A DNA stretch of 64,000 nt from Coprobacillus sp. (GTDB lineage: Bacteria; Bacillota_I; Bacilli_A; RFN20; CAG-826). Of the stretch, positions 38,128 through 47,884 are shown one piece after another; the first letter of the stretch is position 1; each line of letters opens with the position of its first letter. The notes beneath the pieces were generated by a model. That model had not been told where the DNA came from. It saw nothing but the letters and a program-made list of their open reading frames with translations, and searched no databases. The stretch is taken from contig JAJQAG010000003.1 in assembly GCA_021203905.1 (NCBI GenBank), forward strand, positions 192,830 to 256,829, given 5' to 3'. The translations under genes were made by a program, and so were the position numbers.

Positions 38128-38499
38128 ATGACTCACTACGAACAAACCATCTTAGACATCGTCTTATCAAGTCATGAGCACCCCACAGCGGAGCAAGTGT
38201 TCTTTTTAGCAAAGGAAGAGGAACCCAATATCTCTATGGCGACAGTCTATAACAATCTCAATAAATTAGTGAATGAGAACAAGATTAGAAAAATCTCTAT
38301 TGATGGTCATGCCGACCGATATGACAGCATGGTGAAACACTCCCACTTATATTGTGTGAAGTGTCACTCTATCAAGGATGTCATGTTTGATGATCTCACA
38401 GAGGAGTTAGCGAAGAGAGTGGGAGTGGATCCCCATAGTATCGACTCTTACGACTTAACGATTAACTATATCTGTGATGATTGTTTAAACAAATCATAA
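38128..38499 (+). CDS. perR: Fur-family peroxide-responsive repressor (PerR-like)
   Basis: 123 aa with two CxxC pairs (CVKC, CDDC) for structural Zn and His/Asp regulatory-site residues (HADRYD, HSHLY). Directly upstream of ahpC-ahpF. Confidence 0.7.
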   Translation: MTHYEQTILDIVLSSHEHPTAEQVFFLAKEEEPNISMATVYNNLNKLVNENKIRKISIDGHADRYDSMVKHSHLYCVKCHSIKDVMFDDLTEELAKRVGVDPHSIDSYDLTINYICDDCLNKS

Positions 38500-38528
38500 A
38501 TAATGACGAAGACGAAAGGAGAAATTTT

Positions 38529-39092
38529 ATGTCATTAATCAACAAAGAAATCGGCGAGTTCAAAGTCGACGCCTTCTACAAAGGCGAAAGAACAACCTGG
38601 TCTGATGAAAAGACCAAAGGCAAATGGAATGTCTTCTTCTTCTATCCCGCAGACTTCACATTTGTCTGCCCCACAGAGCTTGAAGATCTCCAAGCCAAGT
38701 ATGAGGACTTCAAGAAGATTGGTTGTGAAATCTTATCAGTCTCTTGTGACACTCACTGGGTCCACAAAGCCTGGAAAGATGCCAGTGAGAAGATTGCAAA
38801 GATTGAGTATCCAATGCTCGCGGATCCCGCTCACGTATTATGCAATATCTTTGAGGTCTTAATTCCTGAAGATGGTGTTGCTGAGCGTGGGACCTTTGTC
38901 GTTAACCCCGAAGGTCGTATTGTGGCCTATGAAGTGAACGCGGGCAATGTCGGCCGTAATGCTGATGAACTCCTCCGTAAAGTTCAAGCCTTACAATTTG
39001 TCGCGGAGCATGGGGATGAAGTCTGTCCCGCAAAATGGAAACCAGGAGAAGAGACTCTTAAACCCTCTCTTGATTTAGTTGGTCGCTTATAA
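38529..39092 (+). CDS. ahpC: alkyl hydroperoxide reductase, peroxiredoxin subunit C
   Basis: 187 aa. Peroxidatic Cys in FTFVCPTEL and resolving Cys in EVCPAKW. AAGGAG Shine-Dalgarno before ATG 38529. Confidence 0.95.
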   Translation: MSLINKEIGEFKVDAFYKGERTTWSDEKTKGKWNVFFFYPADFTFVCPTELEDLQAKYEDFKKIGCEILSVSCDTHWVHKAWKDASEKIAKIEYPMLADPAHVLCNIFEVLIPEDGVAERGTFVVNPEGRIVAYEVNAGNVGRNADELLRKVQALQFVAEHGDEVCPAKWKPGEETLKPSLDLVGRL

Positions 39093-40732
39093 TGGAAAAC
39101 TATGAAAATTTCTATGATGTGATTATCGTTGGTGGTGGACCTGCTGGTTTAAGTGCAGGTATCTATATGGCGAGAGCCAAATACCGCACTCTCATCCTTG
39201 AGCAAAACACCTTCGGTGGTCAAATTCTTATCACCAATGAAATCGTGAACTATCCTGGAACTAAGAAGATGAGCGGTAAGGAACTTACCGATCAGATGCA
39301 AGTCCAAGCGAGAGATTTCGGGGCAGAGTTTGTGAAAGCCAGAGCGGAGAAGTTCTATCTCACTGATGATATTAAACGCATTGTCACCGACACTGGCGTG
39401 GAATACCGCGCCCTTGGAGTCATCCTTGCTCTTGGAGCCTCTCCAAGAAAGGTTGGTTTCGCCGGTGAGAAGACTTTCCAAGGAAGAGGGGTAGCGTACT
39501 GCGCTACTTGTGATGGAGAATTCTTTACCGGGAAGGAAGTTCTTGTTGTCGGTGGTGGCTTTGCCGCCGCAGAAGAAGCGATGTTTCTCACCAAGTATGC
39601 TTCAAAAGTTACAATCCTAGTTAGAGGCGAAGCCTTTACCTGTGCACAAAGTATTGTGGATCAGCTTAGTGAATATCCCACCATATCTGTAATGTTCAAT
39701 ACTGAGTTAGTGGAAGTTAAAGGTGAGTCCGCAGTGAACTACGCCAAACTAAAGAATAATGTCACTAGTGAAGTGACAGAGTACACCGCCCCTAACAATG
39801 ATACCTTTGGTGTCTTTGTCTTCGCGGGATATGAACCCGCCACCAGACACATTCAAGATCAGATTGAAGTGAATGAGATGGGCTATATTGTCACCGATGT
39901 TAATAAGTGCACTAATGTTCCGGGAGTCTATGCCGCGGGAGATGTCACGATTAAGAATCTCAGACAAGTAGTGACCGCAGTGAGTGATGGTGCTATTGCG
40001 GCAACCTCTCTCGAACACCATGTTTCTGAGACGAGAGAGAAACTTCATCTTCCTGAGTTTAGACAAATCAAAGGAACGACGGAACTACCTCATGAGTCTC
40101 CTAATGAAGAGAAGGCTGAAGTCATTGATGATAGCTTCATCACCACGGATATCAGAGCCCAGGTCGCTCAGATTCTCGAAGGCTTCAATAAAGTGGTTAC
40201 TCTTGAAGTTCATAAGGGGAGTGATGCCGCAGCAGTGGGTCTTGAAGGCTTTGCTAATGAAGTTGCCACCATCCACAAAAACGTTGTCAGTAAAACCATG
40301 AGTGAGAGCGTCTCTCACTCCTACATTGAGCTTGCAACTGAGAGTGGGAGAAGTGGGATTAGATACTATTCTATTCCGGGCGGTCACGAGTTTAATTCCT
40401 TTGTCATCGCTCTCTATAATGTTGGGGGTAAAGGACAAGCCATTTCTGATGAACTTGTGAGTAAGGTTCAGAACTTAAAGAAGCCTCACAAATTACAAGT
40501 CATGGCCACCTTAACATGCACGAATTGCCCTGATGTTGTTATGGGAACTCAGAAGCTCGCTTCAGTCTCCGATAAGCTAGAAGCTGAGATGTATGATCTT
40601 GCTAAATTCCCTGAGATTAAAGAGAAGTACAACATTATGGCGGTCCCTTGCTTAATCATTGATGAAGAGCATCTAGTCTTCGGTAAAAAGTCTATCGAAG
40701 AGTTAGTGGATGCGATTGTATCTGTTGACTAA
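39092..40732 (+). CDS. ahpF: AhpF-like NADH-dependent peroxiredoxin reductase with permuted domain order
   Basis: The N-terminal 320 aa form a TrxR-like flavoprotein (GGGPAG, CATC redox pair, GGG NADH site, GD-x-T). The C-terminal 200 aa match the AhpF N-terminal double-Trx-fold domain (YYSIPGGHEFNSFV, CTNCPDVV, MAVPC). Confidence 0.8.
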   Translation: MENYENFYDVIIVGGGPAGLSAGIYMARAKYRTLILEQNTFGGQILITNEIVNYPGTKKMSGKELTDQMQVQARDFGAEFVKARAEKFYLTDDIKRIVTDTGVEYRALGVILALGASPRKVGFAGEKTFQGRGVAYCATCDGEFFTGKEVLVVGGGFAAAEEAMFLTKYASKVTILVRGEAFTCAQSIVDQLSEYPTISVMFNTELVEVKGESAVNYAKLKNNVTSEVTEYTAPNNDTFGVFVFAGYEPATRHIQDQIEVNEMGYIVTDVNKCTNVPGVYAAGDVTIKNLRQVVTAVSDGAIAATSLEHHVSETREKLHLPEFRQIKGTTELPHESPNEEKAEVIDDSFITTDIRAQVAQILEGFNKVVTLEVHKGSDAAAVGLEGFANEVATIHKNVVSKTMSESVSHSYIELATESGRSGIRYYSIPGGHEFNSFVIALYNVGGKGQAISDELVSKVQNLKKPHKLQVMATLTCTNCPDVVMGTQKLASVSDKLEAEMYDLAKFPEIKEKYNIMAVPCLIIDEEHLVFGKKSIEELVDAIVSVD

Positions 40733-40758
40733 TTGACTATTAATAAACCAAATTAAAA

Positions 40759-40785
40759 GGCGCCCAGTAGAGGTGCCTTTTTCTT
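40759..40785. terminator. bidirectional terminator between ahpF and the convergent Fe-ADH gene
   Basis: GGCGC-ccagtagag-GTGCC stem followed by a T5 run. Confidence 0.45.
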
Positions 40786-40806
40786 CTCCACTCCTTGATT
40801 TTTTCT

Positions 40807-42006
40807 CTACTCTTTTATCTGGTAATAAATCTCACTTAATTGTTGAGCATCTTTAAGCACTGGAACAGGATAAAGTGGGTTAGCTTCTTTTATAGCGGTT
40901 TTAGAAAGTTCGCTGATATCTTCCTCTTTAATTTCTTTGATCTTTGTAGGGATATCCATCGAAGCATTGAGTTCCTCTATGGCCTTAATAAATAGTGGAC
41001 CCGCTTCACTAAGTGGAGTGTCTTTACTAAAGAGATTAGCATAGACCCCAAGCTGATAAAGTTTTTTATTAATTTTCCCTCCATACATCTTTAAGACATA
41101 AGGAAGGATGATTGCGTTAGCGTATCCATGAGGGATATCGTATTTTCCCCCAAGAGAATGGGCAATCGCATGGACATAACCGACATATGATTTTGTAAAA
41201 GCGAGACCCGCAAGATAACTGGCCTCTAGCATATTCTGTCTTGCTTCTTTATTTGTGGGCTCGTTATACACGACGGGGAGATTAGCAAAGATTAGTTTTG
41301 TGGCTTCGAGAGCTTCTTGACGAGTTTTTCTTGTTGTGGAGCGCCCAATAAAGGATTCCACCGCATGAGTTAAAGCATCCATCCCAGTAGTGGAAGTTAT
41401 ATGCTTTGGTAGATTTATAGTATATTTATAGTCGAGAACTGCGTAGTTTGGAATAAGATGAAAGTCGTTAATTGCGTATTTATGACGGGTTTTAGAATCC
41501 ACTATCACTGCAGCGAGAGTGGTTTCGCTTCCAGTGCCCGCAGTTGTGGGGATGGCCACAAGAGTGGGAAGTTTATGATGGACATGTAATAGCCCTTTCA
41601 TCTGGTTACAGTCTTTCTTTGGATTAGCATATCTTGCTCCCACTGCTTTAGCGCAATCCATGGGACTACCACCGCCTACGGCGATAAGAGCACTGCACCC
41701 ATGATCCTTAAATAAAGTTAAGGCTTCTTCCACATTATCAGTTGTGGGATTGGCCACTGTGTGGTCATAGATTATATATTCGATTCCGTTTCTTGTTAGT
41801 TCTCTTTTTAGTGATTCACAGAGTCCTAGTTGATTGATATTTTCATCGGTCACAATCATCACTCTCTGACATTTTTCATCAGCGAGAACTTTAGCCACCT
41901 CACCGTTATTTTTAAGAATTTTTGGTTCCCTATATGGCATAAAAGGAATCATACAATAGAAGCAAGATTGATAAGTTCTGTAGTATAACTTTTTGAAGCA
42001 GTTCAT
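40807..42006 (-). CDS. iron-containing (group III) alcohol dehydrogenase
   Basis: Fe-ADH motifs (GGGSPMDCAKA, HAIAHSLGG). The start is uncertain between M1 and the internal MIPFMPY Met at 41952. Confidence 0.85.
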   Translation of the reverse strand: MNCFKKLYYRTYQSCFYCMIPFMPYREPKILKNNGEVAKVLADEKCQRVMIVTDENINQLGLCESLKRELTRNGIEYIIYDHTVANPTTDNVEEALTLFKDHGCSALIAVGGGSPMDCAKAVGARYANPKKDCNQMKGLLHVHHKLPTLVAIPTTAGTGSETTLAAVIVDSKTRHKYAINDFHLIPNYAVLDYKYTINLPKHITSTTGMDALTHAVESFIGRSTTRKTRQEALEATKLIFANLPVVYNEPTNKEARQNMLEASYLAGLAFTKSYVGYVHAIAHSLGGKYDIPHGYANAIILPYVLKMYGGKINKKLYQLGVYANLFSKDTPLSEAGPLFIKAIEELNASMDIPTKIKEIKEEDISELSKTAIKEANPLYPVPVLKDAQQLSEIYYQIKE

Positions 42007-42070
42007 TACCTATTTTTTACCCTTACTTTTATTATAAAAAATAATGTCTTTTTTGTATATATTTTAGTAG

Positions 42071-42124
42071 GAGAAAATAGGGCTAAAAAATATAACTCTA
42101 CTGCCAGTAGAGTGGTTTTTCTCC
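42071..42124. other. nested hairpin (outer GGAGAAAA/TTTTCTCC, inner ACTCTACTG-c-CAGTAGAGT) in the adh/degV divergent intergenic region
   Basis: Read directly from the sequence. The inner 9-bp stem is followed by GGTTTTTCTCC. It is terminator-like on the plus strand, though no plus-strand gene ends here. Confidence 0.3.
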
Positions 42125-42209
42125 TATGTAGAATAGAAAGATTTTAGAGTTTATTTTTTCTTTTTTTATTTGGTTTAAATTGATTGTGAGGAAAAGGGAG
42201 GGAATGACT

Positions 42210-43109
42210 ATGAAGGCATTTCAAATAATAAGCGATGGTTCTTGTGATCTTCCCACTGATCTTCTCTTGTTACACGAAATTGTCATCGTGCCATTCTCCA
42301 TTACCTTTGAGAGCGATAAAGAGAATGTGCTTTATCAAAACAAGGACATGACCACCGACCAATTTTATGATCGTGTTCTCTCTTCGCCTAAGGATTTTCC
42401 TTACACTGCCTGTCCGTCTGTGCAGTGTTATCTGGACCACTTTGAGGAGTCATATTCTTCTCACACCCCTATCTTATGTGTATGTATTTCCTCAAAGTGG
42501 TCTGGATCATATAACTCCGCTTGTCGAGCGAAAGAAATGCTTCTTGAAAAGCATAGCGATGCTGTGATAGAAGTTATTGATTCCGACGCGAATACAGTGT
42601 GTCAAGGACTCTATGTTCTAGAGATTGCGCGACTTAGAGATAAAGGTCTATCCTTCGAAACTATTTGTGACTTATGCCAGGTTGAACACGGAGAGAGAAT
42701 CATCTTCTCAGTGTCCGACTTATCATATCTCCTTCATGGTGGGCGGATTGGAAATCTCGCAGCCACAATTGCGAGAATCTTTCCAATCAACCCATTGATT
42801 ATTGCTAAGCATGGAGAAATCTATAGTGGTGGGATTGCTCTAAAAAGAAGAAGAGCTATGCTCTCCATTATTCAAAAGGTAAATGAACACTTCCTTAAAC
42901 ATCATCTTAAAAAAGAAGAGTATGTTTTCTCGGTGGGGTATTGCTATAACCGAGATGAGGGAGAGATGTTTCAAAAGGAAGTAGAAAAGAAAGTTGGTGT
43001 AAAGACGATTCTTTCTCAAATTGGGATGACCATTGCGGTTCACACCGGTCCAGAGGCCCTCGGAGTGGCCTTTATAAGGAAATTTGACGCCCCTTATGTC
43101 CGTGAATAG
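42210..43109 (+). CDS. DegV family protein (second copy)
   Basis: DegV motifs throughout. GGGAGGG Shine-Dalgarno 7 nt before ATG 42210. Confidence 0.8.
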   Translation: MKAFQIISDGSCDLPTDLLLLHEIVIVPFSITFESDKENVLYQNKDMTTDQFYDRVLSSPKDFPYTACPSVQCYLDHFEESYSSHTPILCVCISSKWSGSYNSACRAKEMLLEKHSDAVIEVIDSDANTVCQGLYVLEIARLRDKGLSFETICDLCQVEHGERIIFSVSDLSYLLHGGRIGNLAATIARIFPINPLIIAKHGEIYSGGIALKRRRAMLSIIQKVNEHFLKHHLKKEEYVFSVGYCYNRDEGEMFQKEVEKKVGVKTILSQIGMTIAVHTGPEALGVAFIRKFDAPYVRE

Positions 43110-43211
43110 TCCCACAAGAGCACATATATGTTATTGTGTATTGTTATATTGAAAGATTGGTTTCTAAAATAAGAATATCCGTTCTTTCTGTTTTTATCTC
43201 CAGAACCAAAG

Positions 43212-43237
43212 AAGCAATTGAAAAATTGCTTTTTTCG
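43212..43237. terminator. rho-independent terminator
   Basis: AAGCAATT-gaaa-AATTGCTT stem followed by a T6 run. Confidence 0.5.
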
Positions 43238-43266
43238 TATCTCATATTTTTTTAAAATAATTTCAT

Positions 43267-44433
43267 ATGAAAAAGTGGATAAAGAATAACACCTATTTCT
43301 TTGTGCAGTTATGTGTAACTCTCTTTTTTCTTATTCTCCTTGTGGTGTTTCTTTGTATCCGCTCCTCAGTCGCTGCTAGTGAGTGGTGGACAAGGCATGC
43401 TATCTCAGATTATCTCTATCTTTTTGGAAACATGAATAGATGGCTTCCTTTCTCCGTCACCGAAGTCTTAATCGTCCTCTTTGTCGTCGCTCTTATAGTC
43501 CTACTTGTCATGGGGATTGTTAAACTTTGTAAAAAGAAGTGGAAAACTGCTCTCCACCTCCTTGTCTTTATTCCCATTCTCGCTCTAGGAGCCGTTGCTT
43601 GGTATTATGGAAGCGCCGGTATTGCGTATAACCGAGAGGAGGTTCCCCTCATCCTCTATGAAGAAGATCTCAGTGAAGAAGAACTTGAAGAGATAGTGAG
43701 ATACTTCGCTAACGACTATAACGAGATCAGTGAACAACTTGAATATAACGAAGAGGGAGATGTCATCCTTCCCTATACCTTTGATGAACTCAATGACATC
43801 TTAATTGAAGAGTATTCAAAGTATGAGTCAGACTATCTCTCTAATAACATCCTTGATTTGAAAGAGATGGTCTTTCCTTGGTTCTTCTGTGAGATTGGAA
43901 TCACCGGAATGTTCTTCTCTATTACCACCGAGTCAATTGTGAATACGATGCAACCCAATGCCTCTCTTCCTTTTACGATGCTTCATGAGTTATCTCACTC
44001 TCGGGGTTGTATGAGAGAATACGACGCGCAATTGATGGCGACCTTTGTGGCCATCCAAAGTGATAATATCTATGTCCGCTATTCTGGATACTTCTCTACC
44101 ATGTATAGCATGTTTAATCTCGCTTCCGCGATTAGTTCCAGTCTCTATAGTGAACTCTACAATGCAAGGACTCCTCAGATTAAGGCGAATGTTGCCTACA
44201 ATAATAACTTCTGGGATCAATACACTCTCTTTGAAGACATTGGAACATGGTTCAATGATCTCTATCTCAAATGGTTCTCTCATACGGACACTAGTGATTA
44301 TCATGATCCTGGATCATCCGTCACCGTGGAACCAAGTGAGAATCCACAAGAACCCCCAAAGAAAACCATCACCTTAAGTACTTACCAAAAGATGTATGTT
44401 TCACTATATATGGGTGTGCTTGATATTGAGTAA
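43267..44433 (+). CDS. DUF3810-like membrane protein with HExxH (putative zinc metallopeptidase)
   Basis: 388 aa with N-terminal TM helices and an HELSH motif. Confidence 0.5.
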   Translation: MKKWIKNNTYFFVQLCVTLFFLILLVVFLCIRSSVAASEWWTRHAISDYLYLFGNMNRWLPFSVTEVLIVLFVVALIVLLVMGIVKLCKKKWKTALHLLVFIPILALGAVAWYYGSAGIAYNREEVPLILYEEDLSEEELEEIVRYFANDYNEISEQLEYNEEGDVILPYTFDELNDILIEEYSKYESDYLSNNILDLKEMVFPWFFCEIGITGMFFSITTESIVNTMQPNASLPFTMLHELSHSRGCMREYDAQLMATFVAIQSDNIYVRYSGYFSTMYSMFNLASAISSSLYSELYNARTPQIKANVAYNNNFWDQYTLFEDIGTWFNDLYLKWFSHTDTSDYHDPGSSVTVEPSENPQEPPKKTITLSTYQKMYVSLYMGVLDIE

Positions 44434-45639
44434 TTAAATTTTGACGATATCAGTGACGATATCCACCATCTTATTGAGTTCGTCTAAATCAATAAATTCA
44501 AATCTTCCGTGATGGTTATAACTCCCTGTTCCTAAGTTTGGAGTGATAAGTCCCATTTTGGTAAAGGTCGCGCCATCAGTGCCCCCTCTTATGGGAAGAT
44601 AGGTGGGAGTGAGACCATTTTTTCTTATCGCTGCGTCAGCTTTCGTGACCGCCTCACAATCAGGAGTGAGGTATTGATACATGTTCTCATATTGAGGAGT
44701 AATCTCTACGGAGATATCAAAGTTGTTACCTTTGTATTTCTTGCGGAGCTTCTCCGCTGCCCAATACATTTTAGAAATTCTCTTATTGATACCTTCTACG
44801 TGGAAGTCACGAATGATGATATATGATTCAAAATACTCGCTGTTACCACTAGCACTGACAATATGCCAGAAGCCATCAAAGTCTTTACTATTATAGGGAG
44901 AGTCATTCTTTGGAAGATAAGATAAGAATTCATGATAGAGGAGAGCAGCGTTCATTAGCTTCCCCTTTCCCTCTCCTGGGTGTATAGAGTTACCTGTAAT
45001 CTTGATGTCCGCTCGATAAGCATCAAAGTTCTTGATGCCGATGTCGTTGATGTAACTTCCATCAATTGTGTAGCAGTAATCCGCTCTCATCTGAGAAAGA
45101 GAGAAGTGGAGAGGTCCTTTACCTATTTCTTCATCCACAGTGAAGCACACACTGATAGGGTGATGTTTAATCGTTTTATCACTAGTAAGTCTTTTTAAGA
45201 CTTCCATGATGATAGTAATACCCGCTTTATCATCCGCTCCGAGGAGAGTGTCTCCACTCGCAGTCACAAGGTCGTGACCCACATGCTCTTTAAGAATAGG
45301 AAAATCAACGGGATCCATTTTATATTCATCATTAAGAATGATAGTGCCTCCATCATAGTTCTTAATGAGTTGAGGTTTGACATTAGTGTCAGTGACCTCT
45401 TCTGCGGTATCAACATGAGAGTTAAGACCGATAGTAGCCACTCCATCTTCTCCTTCAAGGTGAGCGTATACCACACCATTCTCATCCATATAGGCATCAC
45501 TAAGTCCAAGTTCATTGAGTTGTTCAACGAGAAGTTTAGAGAGATCTTTCTCTTTTTCCGCGGAAGGAACTGTCGTCGAGGAGTCGTCCGCTTGCGTATC
45601 AATCTTAAGATAGGTGAATAAATTGTCTAATAATTCCAT
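44434..45639 (-). CDS. pepT: peptidase T (tripeptide aminopeptidase, M20B)
   Basis: 401 aa. PepT-type N-terminus (YLKIDTQADDSS) and M20 metal-ligand pattern. Confidence 0.8.
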   Translation of the reverse strand: MELLDNLFTYLKIDTQADDSSTTVPSAEKEKDLSKLLVEQLNELGLSDAYMDENGVVYAHLEGEDGVATIGLNSHVDTAEEVTDTNVKPQLIKNYDGGTIILNDEYKMDPVDFPILKEHVGHDLVTASGDTLLGADDKAGITIIMEVLKRLTSDKTIKHHPISVCFTVDEEIGKGPLHFSLSQMRADYCYTIDGSYINDIGIKNFDAYRADIKITGNSIHPGEGKGKLMNAALLYHEFLSYLPKNDSPYNSKDFDGFWHIVSASGNSEYFESYIIIRDFHVEGINKRISKMYWAAEKLRKKYKGNNFDISVEITPQYENMYQYLTPDCEAVTKADAAIRKNGLTPTYLPIRGGTDGATFTKMGLITPNLGTGSYNHHGRFEFIDLDELNKMVDIVTDIVKI

Positions 45640-45738
45640 AGTTTTTGTACCCTTAACCCCTAATCATATCACTAATTGTCTCTCTTATATGAAATTATTT
45701 AATAGAATATTAAAAGTTTTGATATAATGTTAGACAAT

Positions 45739-47298
45739 ATGAAAATTAAAACCTTCAGTTTGTTAGCCTTATTATTTGCGAGCACCGTGTCGCTCTCAGG
45801 ATGTAATTTTGGTGGTAATTCCTCTGATGATAACTACTATAAATCTAGTCAAGTCACCTATACCTACTATGACTATGGTTTGAGCAATGTCTATAACACA
45901 AAGAATGTACTCTCAAAAGGGGATGTTAATATTTTAGTCATCCCCACAATCATCAAAGGTTATGAGAGCAGTGCCACAGAAGAAAACAGAGAAAGAATAA
46001 ATGAAGCCTTCTTTGGTGATAGTGAAACCACTGGTTGGGAATCAGTGACCTCCTACTACTATAAATCCAGTTATGGCGCTTTAAACATCAGCGGGGAAGT
46101 CACCCCATGGTTTGACCTTGGTCTCAGTCCAAGTGAATTGTACGCAAAACAATCAAGAACCTATGGTGAGTATGGAACCTTCTATGCTCTTGAGCAAGCC
46201 TTTATTTGGGCGGTGAGCGAGCAAGACATCGATATGGCCAAATATGACAATGATGATGATGGATTTGTCGATGCCATTATCTTGATCTACTCCGCCCCAA
46301 ACTATTCTAACTGGGGTCCCCTCTCCTCTCTCGGAGAGCAATATGGATATTGGGCATTTACCTATTGGGACTACACCTTTATCTATGAAGGTGGGTATTT
46401 TAAGGATAGTGAGACCGGAGAGGTTTATCCCTATTGTCCTCATGGATATTGTTGGATGAGCTACGATTTCATGGATCAAGGTCATGATGGAGATAATGAT
46501 ATTGATATTGACGCTCACACATATATCCACGAATTTGGTCACCTTCTTGGCCTTGATGACTACTACGATACTGACAATGAACACGCTCCAATGGGATATT
46601 GTGACATGATGGACGCTAACATTGGTGATCATTGTGCGTACACAAAGTATGCTCTTGGATGGGTTAAGCCCTATGTGGTTACAGGTAATGCTAAGATTAC
46701 TATCCGTCCCTTTGCCACAAGTGGAGATTGTATTGTCTTAAAATACAACGCTTCAAGCAGATTCTATGATAATGCTTTTAATGAATACCTGATGATTGAA
46801 TACATCACTCCTGAAGAGTTGTGGGAGTATGACGCTAGTCATGGATATATCGCTGAAGGACTTAATGCTTACACCACGCCAGGAATTAGAGTCACTCATG
46901 TTGACTCTCGTTTAGCGTATCCCACTAGTTCAGTTTTCGGAAGCATGGTTTATACTGCTGTGGATAACCCCAATACATATTCTGGAGTGACCTATCAGCT
47001 CTATTGTTCAAACACCACCAGTCGCTCCCTCTATCAAACTGACATGGACACTCTTCATCCTGATCTTGTCTCAATGATTACCAATATCAATGTTAGACCC
47101 TCTCTTGCTCTCCAGACTTCCAGTGCGTATTTTGCCACCAGCGATTGCCTTTTAAAAAAGGGAGAGAGCTTTTCTACTTCCATCTACAAAGATTATTTTA
47201 TAAATGGTAAAATGCACGACGGCACAAAATTAAATTACTCATTTACTATTGATGCGCTTTCAAGTGAAAGTGCTACAATAACATTCAAGAAAGGCTAA
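45739..47298 (+). CDS. secreted lipoprotein zinc metalloprotease, M6 (immune inhibitor A)-like
   Basis: Lipobox (LLALLFASTVSLSGC). HEFGHLLGLDDYYD matches the M6 HExxHxxGxxDEY signature. Confidence 0.55.
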   Translation: MKIKTFSLLALLFASTVSLSGCNFGGNSSDDNYYKSSQVTYTYYDYGLSNVYNTKNVLSKGDVNILVIPTIIKGYESSATEENRERINEAFFGDSETTGWESVTSYYYKSSYGALNISGEVTPWFDLGLSPSELYAKQSRTYGEYGTFYALEQAFIWAVSEQDIDMAKYDNDDDGFVDAIILIYSAPNYSNWGPLSSLGEQYGYWAFTYWDYTFIYEGGYFKDSETGEVYPYCPHGYCWMSYDFMDQGHDGDNDIDIDAHTYIHEFGHLLGLDDYYDTDNEHAPMGYCDMMDANIGDHCAYTKYALGWVKPYVVTGNAKITIRPFATSGDCIVLKYNASSRFYDNAFNEYLMIEYITPEELWEYDASHGYIAEGLNAYTTPGIRVTHVDSRLAYPTSSVFGSMVYTAVDNPNTYSGVTYQLYCSNTTSRSLYQTDMDTLHPDLVSMITNINVRPSLALQTSSAYFATSDCLLKKGESFSTSIYKDYFINGKMHDGTKLNYSFTIDALSSESATITFKKG

Positions 47299-47301
47299 AA
47301 G

Positions 47302-47883
47302 ATGCAAGAAGTCACAGTTAAAGGTAAGGTCTATCAGATTGATGAAGTAGTGGATAATCACCACTACATCGTCTCAAGAAAAGGCAAGAAATACTTCCTT
47401 AGGGATTATCGTGTTTTTAATAGCGGGTATACTGATTTTGAGCTGACACTCAAAAAAATCAATATCACCGGAATCATTGTTCCTAAAGTCATCGCGATGG
47501 ATAAGAAGAACAAGCTTGTTCTTACCCAATATATCCCTGGAACCACTTGCTTAGAAGATATCTGTCAGGGAGAGTTAACTGAAGATCACTACAACGGAAT
47601 CTTTCTTCAAGCGAGATACGCAAAAGTGGAAAAGTATGTCCTTAACTTCAGTCCAGAGAATTTTAAACTCTACAATGGCAAGGTCTATTATCTTAAGTAT
47701 GATGTTTTTCCATATGATGACTCTAAGGCCTTTCAACTCAATGACATCTATCTTTGGGTCTACTCAAAGCAACTTGTGAAACTCCTTGAATCTAAAGGAA
47801 TGCCTGTAGATAAATCGAGGCTCAAAGATGAATATTTAACCAATAAGGAGACTGTCCTACTCGTGGTACAGTACTATCGATAA
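47302..47883 (+). CDS. hypothetical protein with a minimal kinase-like fold
   Basis: 193 aa. A Gly-rich beta-hairpin (VKGKVYQI), a candidate beta3 Lys (KKYFLR), a hinge (TQYIPG), then an NFSPENFKL/YDVF segment resembling a kinase catalytic loop plus DFG motif. Pattern only. Confidence 0.3.
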   Translation: MQEVTVKGKVYQIDEVVDNHHYIVSRKGKKYFLRDYRVFNSGYTDFELTLKKINITGIIVPKVIAMDKKNKLVLTQYIPGTTCLEDICQGELTEDHYNGIFLQARYAKVEKYVLNFSPENFKLYNGKVYYLKYDVFPYDDSKAFQLNDIYLWVYSKQLVKLLESKGMPVDKSRLKDEYLTNKETVLLVVQYYR

Positions 47884-47884
47884 C

